A DNA stretch of 64,000 nucleotides, from positions 459,142 through 523,141 of the forward strand of contig JBBDRA010000003.1 of the NCBI GenBank assembly GCA_040905715.1. Reading direction: 5' to 3'. This DNA is from Minisyncoccota bacterium. GTDB taxonomy: Bacteria; Patescibacteriota; Minisyncoccia; Phycocordibacterales; CSBR16-193. Below, in pieces: positions 1 to 7,221 of the stretch. The notes under the pieces are model-generated. The model ran no database searches. It saw nothing but the letters and a program-made list of their open reading frames with translations, and was not told where the DNA came from. Position 1 is the first letter of the stretch; each line of letters opens with the position of its first letter. The position numbers and the translations under genes are program-made.

Positions 1-358
1 CAAGGCTTTATCGCTAGGATCACGAGGAACAAGTCGGCAGATTATCCTTAATCGCGTTGTATCTTGGTTTGTCAGGCACTCTATTCCCAGAGGATAGTCC
101 TCCTCAGGTTCTGGTGTTCGAAGACCGCTTCCACCAATTGATCGATAGTACCGATCAACGTTATGCACCGCACTTTTGAGCTTGAAAACAACAAATGATT
201 GCCCAGACTCAAGAGCTTGGATCAGACCACCCTCCCACGCAGAAACAGGCTCGTATTGAGTGATCTCCATGTAGAAGCTTACATATCTTCTCTGACGGAT
301 CTTTATTTGCAGCAAACGTCTCCATTGCGTTTTAATGAACGTAAGCATCTACAGCTCC
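1..358 (-). CDS. hypothetical protein, 5' portion only (ORF continues past window start)
   Basis: Manual translation of the minus strand from ATG at 358 gives more than 118 codons without a stop (MLTFIKTQWRRLLQIKIRQ...) and runs off the window edge. It is absent from the supplied ORF track, presumably because it has no in-window stop. It competes with the short + ORF 199..405. No recognisable family. Confidence 0.3.
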
Positions 359-462
359 TTCTGTTTTGTCAGGTTGGGAAACTCTTCATAAATACTGACA
401 TTTAAATTTAAAATGTCAATATTTGTTCTTGAATTCTAACCTGAATCGCAACGAAGACTTTT

Positions 463-488
463 GAACGCCTCAACGCGTTGAGGCGTTC
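463..488. repeat. 26-nt perfect palindrome GAACGCCTCAACGCGTTGAGGCGTTC
   Basis: Read directly from the sequence. It is self-complementary around a central CGCG. No U-tract follows on either strand, so it is not a canonical terminator. Confidence 0.6.
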
Positions 489-528
489 AGCATAATACAT
501 TACTGCTATCGCGATGAGGCTAACCTAA

Positions 529-551
529 CTCCCGAGGTTAAACCTCGGGAG
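529..551. repeat. 23-nt perfect palindrome CTCCCGAGGTT-A-AACCTCGGGAG
   Basis: Read directly from the sequence; two 11-nt arms that are exact reverse complements. Confidence 0.6.
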
Positions 552-590
552 GATAGAAATTTGCTCACTCCCCACGGAGGCAAGAACAAC

Positions 591-622
591 AAAACGGCTA
601 CGCGCAAGGCGTAGCCGTTTTG
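591..622. terminator. bidirectional intrinsic terminator
   Basis: Stem ACGGCTACGC / GCGTAGCCGT with a 5-nt loop. It is flanked by an A-run on the 5' side and TTTT on the 3' side. It is positioned to stop the leftward transcript of the split tRNA. Confidence 0.6.
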
Positions 623-629
623 ATCGTTT

Positions 630-648
630 GCTCCGGGGGTGGGGATCG
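630..648. repeat. 19-nt direct repeat of the tRNA 3' end (att-like), identical to 830..848
   Basis: GCTCCGGGGGTGGGGATCG occurs at 630..648 and 830..848, exactly 200 bp apart. The second copy is the acceptor/T-stem 3' region of the minus-strand tRNA. An imperfect inverted copy (16 of 19 nt) lies at 763..781. Confidence 0.55.
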
Positions 649-868
649 GGGTCAAGTCACTAAGCTCACTCATCCCTTCGGTCTTCATTCACTAAGTGCT
701 TCCTCCCCGGACTCGGCGACAAGCACTCCCTTCGGTCGTCTTGTAATACCGCCTCCGTCTTTCGATCCCCACCGCCGAAGAGAACCAGAAAGACCCTACC
801 GCTGTCGCGATAGGGTCTAACTGGTTCTAGCTCCGGGGGTGGGGATCGAACCCACGACCACTCGATTA

Positions 869-1432
869 CACTTATCCAACTGTTTCCAGAAGGGGTGGAC
901 TATATCATCTCCCGTTGTTTTATAACACGAGGGAGCGAGGCGCTTCCCATTCGCTGTTAGGCGAACGGTACTCCGTAAAGGATAGTCTCTGAACCTTTCC
1001 GCCGACTGGCGGACTTGGCTGCGGATTTCCATATTCTTTCGAACGTAGGATTCCCGACAATTCACCTCGTTATCATTCCTGAGTTTCCTCAGGAAGCTGC
1101 GAGACACCGTCGTGAACCTCCATATGGCAATTGGCACAAAGTAACACACACTTTTCGATTTCAGCTTTTATCTTTTCCCATGACCTTGTAAGACCACGAG
1201 CAGACATGCCGAACTCTTTCTTTGATTCATCCTTATGATGAAAACTAAGTGCGCGCGGAGATTTGTGGTAACCACACAAGGCACACTTACCGCCCATATG
1301 GTCGCGAGCCATCTGACGAAGTTTTTTTCTTCGTTTCTTCACAGCTTCACGCATATATACGGCGCGGTCGGCGTATGTTCGTTTTTCTGGCATACATAGT
1401 TGAGTATACCATCTTCAACAAACAAGTAGTTC
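869..1432 (-). mobile_element. group I self-splicing intron inserted in the tRNA anticodon loop, carrying an HNH homing-endonuclease ORF
   Basis: Minus-strand reading shows canonical group I core elements downstream of the ORF. P-like AAUUGUCGGGAAUCC at 1048..1062. Q-like AAUCCGCAGCCAAGUCC at 1011..1027, where GCAGCCAAGUCC matches the Tetrahymena Q/P6 segment. R-like GUUCAGAGACUAUCC at 980..994 and S-like GAUAUAGUCCACC at 894..906, which together form P7 (GACUA / UAGUC). A short CUG-GAAA-CAG P9-like hairpin follows, then a terminal G at 869 (alternatively 871). The 5' exon ends in U under the Asn parse. Confidence 0.6.
1073..1393 (-). CDS. HNH family homing endonuclease (intron-encoded)
   Basis: 106 aa with CxxC ... 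FHHKD ... LLCANCHxEVH, the HNH pattern. Same strand as the tRNA and lies between the intron 5' end and the P3-P9 core. Confidence 0.7.
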   Translation of the reverse strand: MPEKRTYADRAVYMREAVKKRRKKLRQMARDHMGGKCALCGYHKSPRALSFHHKDESKKEFGMSARGLTRSWEKIKAEIEKCVLLCANCHMEVHDGVSQLPEETQE

Positions 1433-1989
1433 ACAGTCGAGCGCTCTGCCGCTGAGCTACCCCGGATTATGAGGAGCGGAACGGGATAATTTTTCTACAG
1501 CACCCGCTTTTTGAGAAATTTCATTTCTCAGATTCCGTGGGGCGAAATATACTGAAAAGCTTGTTTTTCTGTATATTGAGCCTCAACGGAACGAGGACTC
1601 AGTCCTCGGAAAGCGGGTGCTGACAAAAGAATTATCACATTGCGTCCGAACTGCACGCCGTGGCAAGGTTTCCTTCCCCCGGATATTCTGTATGTGTAAG
1701 TACATCTACGCCGTCAGCGCAAGCTCTGCTTGCCAGTACGCTTTTGCATAACTCTCGCACATCTTCGGGGCAAGGTCTGCTTACCCCGAAATGATTTCTG
1801 TAAAATACAAACGCTCACTGAGCGTCTTAACATTGTACTTAAAAAGAACAACTTCGCAAATTATACATGACCATATTTTCATTGCTATTGTATTTAAAGT
1901 AACGTACACTGTATGAAATCGACTCTGCAACAGATACTCTGTTTCAGCTCACCGGTTTACATTATCCACGTTTCTCAAACAACACAAGA

Positions 1990-2193
1990 ATGGCACAAGG
2001 AACAATCAAAAAGCTAATGTCAGATCGAAACTTCGGTTTCATCGACATTGAAGGACAGGACAAAGACCTCTTCTTCCACGCAGACCAGCTGCAGGGCGTA
2101 ACATACGACGAGCTTAACGAGGGCGACACCGTAGAGTTTGAAGTAGCTGAGACCGAAAAAGGTCCAAGCGCAAGCAACGTTACTCGAGTTTAA
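1990..2193 (+). CDS. cspA: cold-shock protein (CspA family)
   Basis: 67 aa; KGTIKKLMSDRNFGFI...DLFFHADQL is the classic RNP1/RNP2 cold-shock domain. Followed by a terminator. Confidence 0.9.
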   Translation: MAQGTIKKLMSDRNFGFIDIEGQDKDLFFHADQLQGVTYDELNEGDTVEFEVAETEKGPSASNVTRV

Positions 2194-2212
2194 GTACAAC
2201 TCAAGCAAATCA

Positions 2213-2243
2213 AAAACACCCGCCAGGAGGCGGGTGTTTTTGT
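2213..2243 (+). terminator. intrinsic terminator after csp
   Basis: CACCCGCC-AGGA-GGCGGGTG followed by TTTTTG. Confidence 0.7.
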
Positions 2244-2300
2244 ATTCTCGTACTCGTACGTAATTGGATGGCTAGTTAGAATGACTAGCATCTGAAAAAA

Positions 2301-3308
2301 CTAATTCTCCTCTCCCTCATCTCGAACAGTTCGTTCCACTCCTTCCTCTTCTACCGAGATCATAGCGTCATGATCTGCACGAATAGTAGCTGCGAGCGTG
2401 GAGCCAAAACTCTGATCACCCTTACGGGAAAGAAACCCGTACCACGGGTAGTCCACTGAAACATCGCCGTCAGCCTCAGCTCGAGCAACTGCCGTTACAC
2501 TCTTAGGAATGAATCCGAACAGATACACCCGTGAATTGTATGTAACCTCGGTCGCCTCAGCGTCAGTTGCAATGTCCTCCACTTCCTCGTTTTCTATCGC
2601 GGCTGAAGCAACCTTGATGCCGAAGTCATTTGCTGAATTCACCTCATTTGCAGCCGCTAGCCGTGCCCGCACTGCTTCTTTCTGCTCAGGATTCCACCCT
2701 CTGACTTCAGCCCCAGAAACACGCAGGCTTATATTGCTCCTTGTTAGCGATTCAACGGAATCCTCATCATCACAATCGTCGCTCCCGCATACTTGTCGAA
2801 TTGACACTCCTTGATACAGAAGCGGACTCGACTGATCTATCATAAGAACATCCATTAGCTTCGGGCTTGCCGCATCAATTTCCTTTGTTGCCCTAAGACT
2901 TGGTGTTGCTTTATCAAGCTCCTTGGTCACGCCCGTACGAGTTGGAACACCGTCACCATCATCGTCTTCATCGTGTGGATCAACAACTCCTTCGGTTTCA
3001 TTAGATCGCGATGAGTTATGATTTTGTGCCCGACCGTCTGAATCACTTTCTGTCCTGACATCAGCGTGACCGTCAGCATCTGTGTCTGAATCGTTCATCT
3101 CTCGCTCTTCCTCTGAGTCATCCGAAACACCGTCGTCGTCACTATCCTCATCCTGAGCAGAAACAGTGGCTGACCCCTCAGCTTGGATCCGTACCGGTGA
3201 TTCTTCGTCTGTGTCATGATCGTCTCCATCGTGCCCTTGCACCACAAGAGCGCCTCCGGAGAGCGCCATGAGCATACACATCGCAACGAGTACTGAAAAA
3301 TTCTTCAT
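2301..3308 (-). CDS. secreted acidic (Asp/Glu-rich) repeat protein, hypothetical
   Basis: N-terminal signal-like hydrophobic segment MKNFSVLVAMCMLMALSGGALVVQG. Long low-complexity D/E/S/G-rich central region. Confidence 0.55.
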   Translation of the reverse strand: MKNFSVLVAMCMLMALSGGALVVQGHDGDDHDTDEESPVRIQAEGSATVSAQDEDSDDDGVSDDSEEEREMNDSDTDADGHADVRTESDSDGRAQNHNSSRSNETEGVVDPHDEDDDGDGVPTRTGVTKELDKATPSLRATKEIDAASPKLMDVLMIDQSSPLLYQGVSIRQVCGSDDCDDEDSVESLTRSNISLRVSGAEVRGWNPEQKEAVRARLAAANEVNSANDFGIKVASAAIENEEVEDIATDAEATEVTYNSRVYLFGFIPKSVTAVARAEADGDVSVDYPWYGFLSRKGDQSFGSTLAATIRADHDAMISVEEEGVERTVRDEGEEN

Positions 3309-3430
3309 ATTACGCTTATATTATACTTATATTACATCCGGTTAATTACTGTTATTTATCCTTTTACGTATCACTGCCACTAGCAAGTAGTCTACCACAC
3401 AAGTCTATTAATCTACCTCAGGTAGGTCCT

Positions 3431-3658
3431 TTAGTGATAGTCCTGCCGACTATCAAAAACAGTTTGTGCTTTTTGCATCCCCTCTTCCGGTGTTATGTCG
3501 CCTTTACGCACCGCCTCTGTTATAGAAGCCATCTGCGCCGGCTCACCGTCCAAACTCCCCGTACTCATTTCTTGTAAAAGACGCTGGTTGATCCGTTCGA
3601 TGGCTTCCTCAGGGCTTATCTCGGGTTGTGGTTCAGGTGTTTTTTCATTCATATACAA
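3431..3658 (-). CDS. hypothetical small protein
   Basis: 75-aa ORF that overlaps only the non-coding upstream extension of the + ORF at 3495. Acidic and helical; no family recognised. Confidence 0.3.
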   Translation of the reverse strand: MYMNEKTPEPQPEISPEEAIERINQRLLQEMSTGSLDGEPAQMASITEAVRKGDITPEEGMQKAQTVFDSRQDYH

Positions 3659-3671
3659 ACTATATCACTTT

Positions 3672-4577
3672 ATGTCTACCACGGTATCATGCTACAATCC
3701 ACATATGACATTTTCACATCCGGCGGTCTATATTCCCACAACCCTTACCGTACTGCTTGCTGCAGGGCTCGGATATACCTATTACGACTTCTCAATGAAG
3801 CTTGAGGCGACGCAAAGCGAGCTTGCTTCGAGTACCGAACGTGTTGCCGCGCTTGAAGATGAGCTTGCGAGCTCAGAGAAGATCAGTACAGAGCTTGCTG
3901 AGCGACTACGCGAGGAGGAGGCGATCGTTGATGAATTCAGCGACACGATCCGAGAACTTTCCGGTGATATTGGTCACCTAACCCGACTTGAAGAAGTTGA
4001 CGAGGAACTTTTGCAAAAATACTCTAAAGTATATTTCTTAAATGAACACTATCACCCGGGACAGCTCGAGAAGATCGACCAGGAATACGTTCAAAAAAGC
4101 GAAGAAGAATATGTCCACAAAAAGGTCTGGCCTTTCTTGGAGGAAATGCTTGAAGACGCAGAAGATGATGACGTAGAACTACGTATCATTTCCGCCTTCC
4201 GTTCGTTTGACGAACAAACCTCGCTCAAATCACACTACGATGTCGTCTACGGTGCCGGAACGGCAAACCAATTTTCAGCCTCGCAAGGATACTCAGAACA
4301 CCAGCTCGGAACAACTATTGACTTCACAACCCCTCAGCTTGGCACAAACTTCAATAGCTTTGACCAAACCGAGGCATACGAGTGGCTAGAAAACAACGCA
4401 CATAAATACGGCTTTGTTCTCTCCTACCCCGAAGACAACGCCTACTACCAATTCGAACCATGGCACTGGCGTTTTGTTGGCGAAGAACTTGCTGAAGATA
4501 TTCACGACGACAACACAAGCTTCTACGACATGGACCAGCGCGAGATCAACAAATACCGCGCAGACATGTTTGACTAA
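3672..4577 (+). CDS. peptidase M15 family D,D-carboxypeptidase (VanY-like) with N-terminal TM helix and coiled coil
   Basis: C-terminal motifs SAFRSFDEQ...SEHQLGTTIDF...HKYGFVLSYPED...EPWHWRF match VanY/M15B zinc D-Ala-D-Ala carboxypeptidases. Start chosen at an internal Met (alternative 3705) because the upstream part of ORF 3495 overlaps another gene. Confidence 0.7.
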   Translation: MSTTVSCYNPHMTFSHPAVYIPTTLTVLLAAGLGYTYYDFSMKLEATQSELASSTERVAALEDELASSEKISTELAERLREEEAIVDEFSDTIRELSGDIGHLTRLEEVDEELLQKYSKVYFLNEHYHPGQLEKIDQEYVQKSEEEYVHKKVWPFLEEMLEDAEDDDVELRIISAFRSFDEQTSLKSHYDVVYGAGTANQFSASQGYSEHQLGTTIDFTTPQLGTNFNSFDQTEAYEWLENNAHKYGFVLSYPEDNAYYQFEPWHWRFVGEELAEDIHDDNTSFYDMDQREINKYRADMFD

Positions 4578-4603
4578 CCTGTCGTCTACCCTTCATATTC
4601 AGA

Positions 4604-4951
4604 ATGGAAAAATACATTCTCTTCGTTTGGCATGCTGCTTGGGATCCGATCGAGCGTCTGTATCGAGCAAACGCAATCGGCTCGGCATTTATAATAGCCG
4701 TAGGTAGTATTATTGGCTTTCTTTTCCTGCCAATTACGATCGGAATTTTTCTTCTTTGGCTTACGCTCCGTTATGTTTCAAACAAAACACTGCGCTACAC
4801 ACTCTCCGGTCTGATCGTCCTTATTACCGCTTTTGTAGGAACAACCTGGATCTATGTCATGATAACGGAGCCGTCACTTGATGCGCACAAAACAGGACTA
4901 GAGGAACGAACCGGAAGGACACAGCAAAAAAAGAATAGTGACCAACACTAA
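4604..4951 (+). CDS. hypothetical membrane protein
   Basis: 115 aa with 2-3 predicted TM helices. Confidence 0.45.
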   Translation: MEKYILFVWHAAWDPIERLYRANAIGSAFIIAVGSIIGFLFLPITIGIFLLWLTLRYVSNKTLRYTLSGLIVLITAFVGTTWIYVMITEPSLDAHKTGLEERTGRTQQKKNSDQH

Positions 4952-5085
4952 AAAGATAGTGGATCTTTCATTCATTTTGCATTGACTTTTCAAGTATGTG
5001 GTATATACTATTGGGACCAAAACGCACTCTCTTGAGGTTGAGGAGAAGCTGACGTTTGGTGTATTATTTTTAGGTCAATACCACG

Positions 5086-5292
5086 ATGCAAACAGGAACA
5101 ATTGCGAAGGTAACTGACCGTGGCTACGGCTTCATCAAAACTGATGATCAGGAAGAAGACATTTTCTTCCACGCCAGCGAGCTCACGGAAGGTGACTTCA
5201 ACAGCCTTCAAGAAGGCGACAAAGTTACGTTTGAAGTTGGCGAGAATGACAAAGGTCCATTCGCCCAGAACGTTACTCCAGCAGCTGAGTAA
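5086..5292 (+). CDS. cspA: cold-shock protein (CspA family), second paralog
   Basis: 68 aa; GTIAKVTDRGYGFI...DIFFHASEL. Confidence 0.9.
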   Translation: MQTGTIAKVTDRGYGFIKTDDQEEDIFFHASELTEGDFNSLQEGDKVTFEVGENDKGPFAQNVTPAAE

Positions 5293-5310
5293 TCTTGCTC
5301 ACTGATGAAT

Positions 5311-5342
5311 AAAACCCCCACTTTCGAGTGGGGGTTTTATTT
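5311..5342 (+). terminator. intrinsic terminator after second csp
   Basis: AAAACCCCCAC-TTTCGAG-TGGGGGTTTT followed by ATTTT. Confidence 0.7.
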
Positions 5343-5477
5343 TGCCTTACTATTTATTTTATTACCTGTTACCTGACACGACTGTCAATGTATTTTGTCA
5401 AAAATACATATGAGTATATGATACAGACAGTTGTTGTTTTCAGTTTGCACTTTCAACCAACCACAAGGAGGGGGTTC

Positions 5478-6161
5478 GTGACCGTACGCAACATACCTCG
5501 GGAACACTGCAACGAGTTTGATCCACTCGTTCCGATAGACCTCACGGCGATATCATTCAATCTCACAAAGGAGTACAACGAGATCATCTTCGTTCCAAGC
5601 GTCGGACGACTCGCCTTCGTAAACCAGTGGCCCGCCGGGTTGCAAGAGGATCTGGCCGCTGATTCTTTCTTGTTCGATGAGCAAGCAGTTCCTGTCTGCA
5701 ATAAACTCGGCATTAGCCGAGGCAGAACATTGCTTCTGCGAACAGGAGCGGATCAGAAGACGACCGTGGAATGTAACGCTATGGACGCACTCACAGAAAC
5801 TCCGTACAGGATATACTGCGGAGTGAACAGTGAAATGCTGAGCAGTCCTGAGTCATGCAGAGACATCAGCCCGATGAGCATGCTCGTCGTCTTCGATCAG
5901 CGACTAACACCCAGGGCACAGAGCTCACTCCTAGAGCATCTGAGCTGGGGGCTGTTTACTCAAAAGTCGCTCGGGGCACTCATCTCACATGGAAACGCTG
6001 CCCCTCTCTCGATCGCAGTATGCTCCCCGTCAGCTCATCTCAAAGAGGTGCGCGAGGCCGATGGAGAAACGTCGGTTGAAGTAGCGGTGAAGCAAACCCT
6101 CTGCACTGCTGTCCAGCAGGCACTTGAACGTAGCTCGTCGGCTTCGACCTCGCTTGCATAA
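5478..6161 (+). CDS. hypothetical protein
   Basis: ORF 5328..6161 begins inside the csp terminator. A GTG at 5478 sits 8 nt after AGGAGG and is the most plausible start; the alternative Met starts at 5388 and 5418 lack an SD. No family recognised. Confidence 0.45.
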   Translation: MTVRNIPREHCNEFDPLVPIDLTAISFNLTKEYNEIIFVPSVGRLAFVNQWPAGLQEDLAADSFLFDEQAVPVCNKLGISRGRTLLLRTGADQKTTVECNAMDALTETPYRIYCGVNSEMLSSPESCRDISPMSMLVVFDQRLTPRAQSSLLEHLSWGLFTQKSLGALISHGNAAPLSIAVCSPSAHLKEVREADGETSVEVAVKQTLCTAVQQALERSSSASTSLA

Positions 6162-6192
6162 ACACCGTCACGCTCGACACCTTCAAAGCACA

Positions 6193-6240
6193 AACGCCAT
6201 ACCGCCTTGCTATCACGCAAGATCGGTATGGCGTTTTTTT
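6193..6240. terminator. bidirectional terminator between convergent genes
   Basis: AACGCCATACCG ... CGGTATGGCGTT followed by TTTTTTT. Confidence 0.55.
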
Positions 6241-7114
6241 ACAGCTTAAGAGACTTGAGATATTTTTTAAATTCTTTCTTTGTCTCACCGTGGTAAAGAC
6301 CAAGATGGACCGTTGCCTTAAGAAAGCCAAGTTTGGAACCACAGTCAAACCGATATCCCTCGAACATATCTCCATACAGAGGGTTTTTATCGTTTACATA
6401 GGCATGTAAGGCATCTGCTAAACGGATCTCCCCTTCTAGCTGCGTTTTCTCAAGCTTACGCAAATACTGCCAGATCTCAGGCGTGATAATGTATTTGCCA
6501 ACGACGCCAAGCCTCGAAGGCGCTTCTGCGGGAGTTGGTTTCTCAACCAGATCACTTATCTTATACAGACGATCTTCTACCTTTTTCGCTTTCACAATAC
6601 CGTACTGCGAGACGAGCGATTTAGGAACCTGCTCAAGACCGATAATAGGCGCCTGTAGCTTTTCGAATGCATCTCGCATCTGAGTCAAACAATGATCTTT
6701 GCCGATAATAACATCGTCACCGAACAACACAGCCACCGGCTCATCACCTATGAGATGCGCAGCTGCCAAAAGCGCGTGACCGTCGCCCCGCGCTTCTTTT
6801 TGGCGTACATACGTGAAGTTGGCCATCGAAGAGATGCGCCTGGTCTCATCAAGCATCTGCTTTTTTCCTTTTTGCTCAAGTATCCGCTCGAGCTCAGGAG
6901 CGGAATCAAAATGATCTTCGATAGCTCGTTTCCCTTTACCGGTAACGAATATCACCTCCTCAATACCCGCGGCAACAGCTTCCTCAACCAAAAACTGAAT
7001 AACCGGCTTATCAACAAGCGGCAGCATTTCTTTTGGCTGAGCCTTTGTAGCCGGCAAAAATCGAGTTCCGAGACCGGCTACCGGCAAGATCGCCTTTCGT
7101 ATACGTGTCTTCAT
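6239..7114 (-). CDS. galU: UTP--glucose-1-phosphate uridylyltransferase
   Basis: AILPVAGLGTRFLPATKAQPKEMLPLVDKP N-terminal nucleotidyltransferase motif; 291 aa. Confidence 0.85.
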   Translation of the reverse strand: MKTRIRKAILPVAGLGTRFLPATKAQPKEMLPLVDKPVIQFLVEEAVAAGIEEVIFVTGKGKRAIEDHFDSAPELERILEQKGKKQMLDETRRISSMANFTYVRQKEARGDGHALLAAAHLIGDEPVAVLFGDDVIIGKDHCLTQMRDAFEKLQAPIIGLEQVPKSLVSQYGIVKAKKVEDRLYKISDLVEKPTPAEAPSRLGVVGKYIITPEIWQYLRKLEKTQLEGEIRLADALHAYVNDKNPLYGDMFEGYRFDCGSKLGFLKATVHLGLYHGETKKEFKKYLKSLKL

Positions 7115-7221
7115 AGTAAGCTGTTTTAAAAACGTTTAGTAATGCATCCGTTTCTTTACCTTTTTTTGTTTTTCTAGAGAGCAGGCGTACAATAACGATT
7201 ATACACGTAACTTTTACCCTT

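Larger units (their letters stand above)
831..1466 (-). tRNA. split tRNA gene, best parse tRNA-Asn(GUU); exons about 1433..1466 and 831..868
   Basis: 5' exon on the minus strand: UCCGGGG UA GCUC AGCGGCA GAGC G CUCGA CUGU, i.e. acceptor, D-arm and anticodon stem plus loop start. 3' exon: UAA UCGAG UGGUC GUGGG UUCGAUC CCCAC CCCCGGA G, i.e. loop end, anticodon stem 3', variable loop, T-arm, acceptor 3' and G73. Acceptor strands and anticodon stem strands pair perfectly. The joined loop is CUGUUAA (anticodon GUU, A37). U1-A72 and discriminator G73 fit bacterial tRNA-Asn. The Asn and Thr(UGU) parses both satisfy the group I rules (exon ends in U, intron ends in G); identity elements favour Asn. 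A His(GUG) parse fails the intron-ending-in-G rule and lacks G-1/C73. No CCA is encoded. Confidence 0.6.

Noticed and set aside
506-820. ORFs 506..688 (-) and 620..820 (+) from the six-frame track
   Set aside because: They run through palindromes, a terminator hairpin and the tRNA-end repeats. Composition is low-complexity and there are no start signals. The region is better explained as non-coding structure.
1249-1455. ORF 1249..1455 (+)
   Set aside because: Antisense to the HNH endonuclease ORF and the tRNA 5' exon; no signals.
831-1466. Alternative reading of the split tRNA as tRNA-His(GUG) with an archaeal-type (BHB) intron at 37/38
   Set aside because: The anticodon-loop parse CUGUGAA is possible from the 5' half alone. 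However, every His-compatible junction leaves a non-G as the last intron nucleotide and a non-U at the exon end. G-1 and C73 are absent, whereas U1-A72/G73 fit Asn. The clear group I core elements argue against a BHB intron.
2509-2814. ORF 2509..2814 (+) and 3095..3286 (-)
   Set aside because: Embedded antisense or out-of-frame within the 2301..3308 acidic-protein gene; low-complexity artefacts.
4207-4707. ORFs 4207..4389 and 4414..4707 (+)
   Set aside because: Alternative frames inside or overlapping the M15 peptidase gene; Thr/Ser/Pro-rich composition with no signals.
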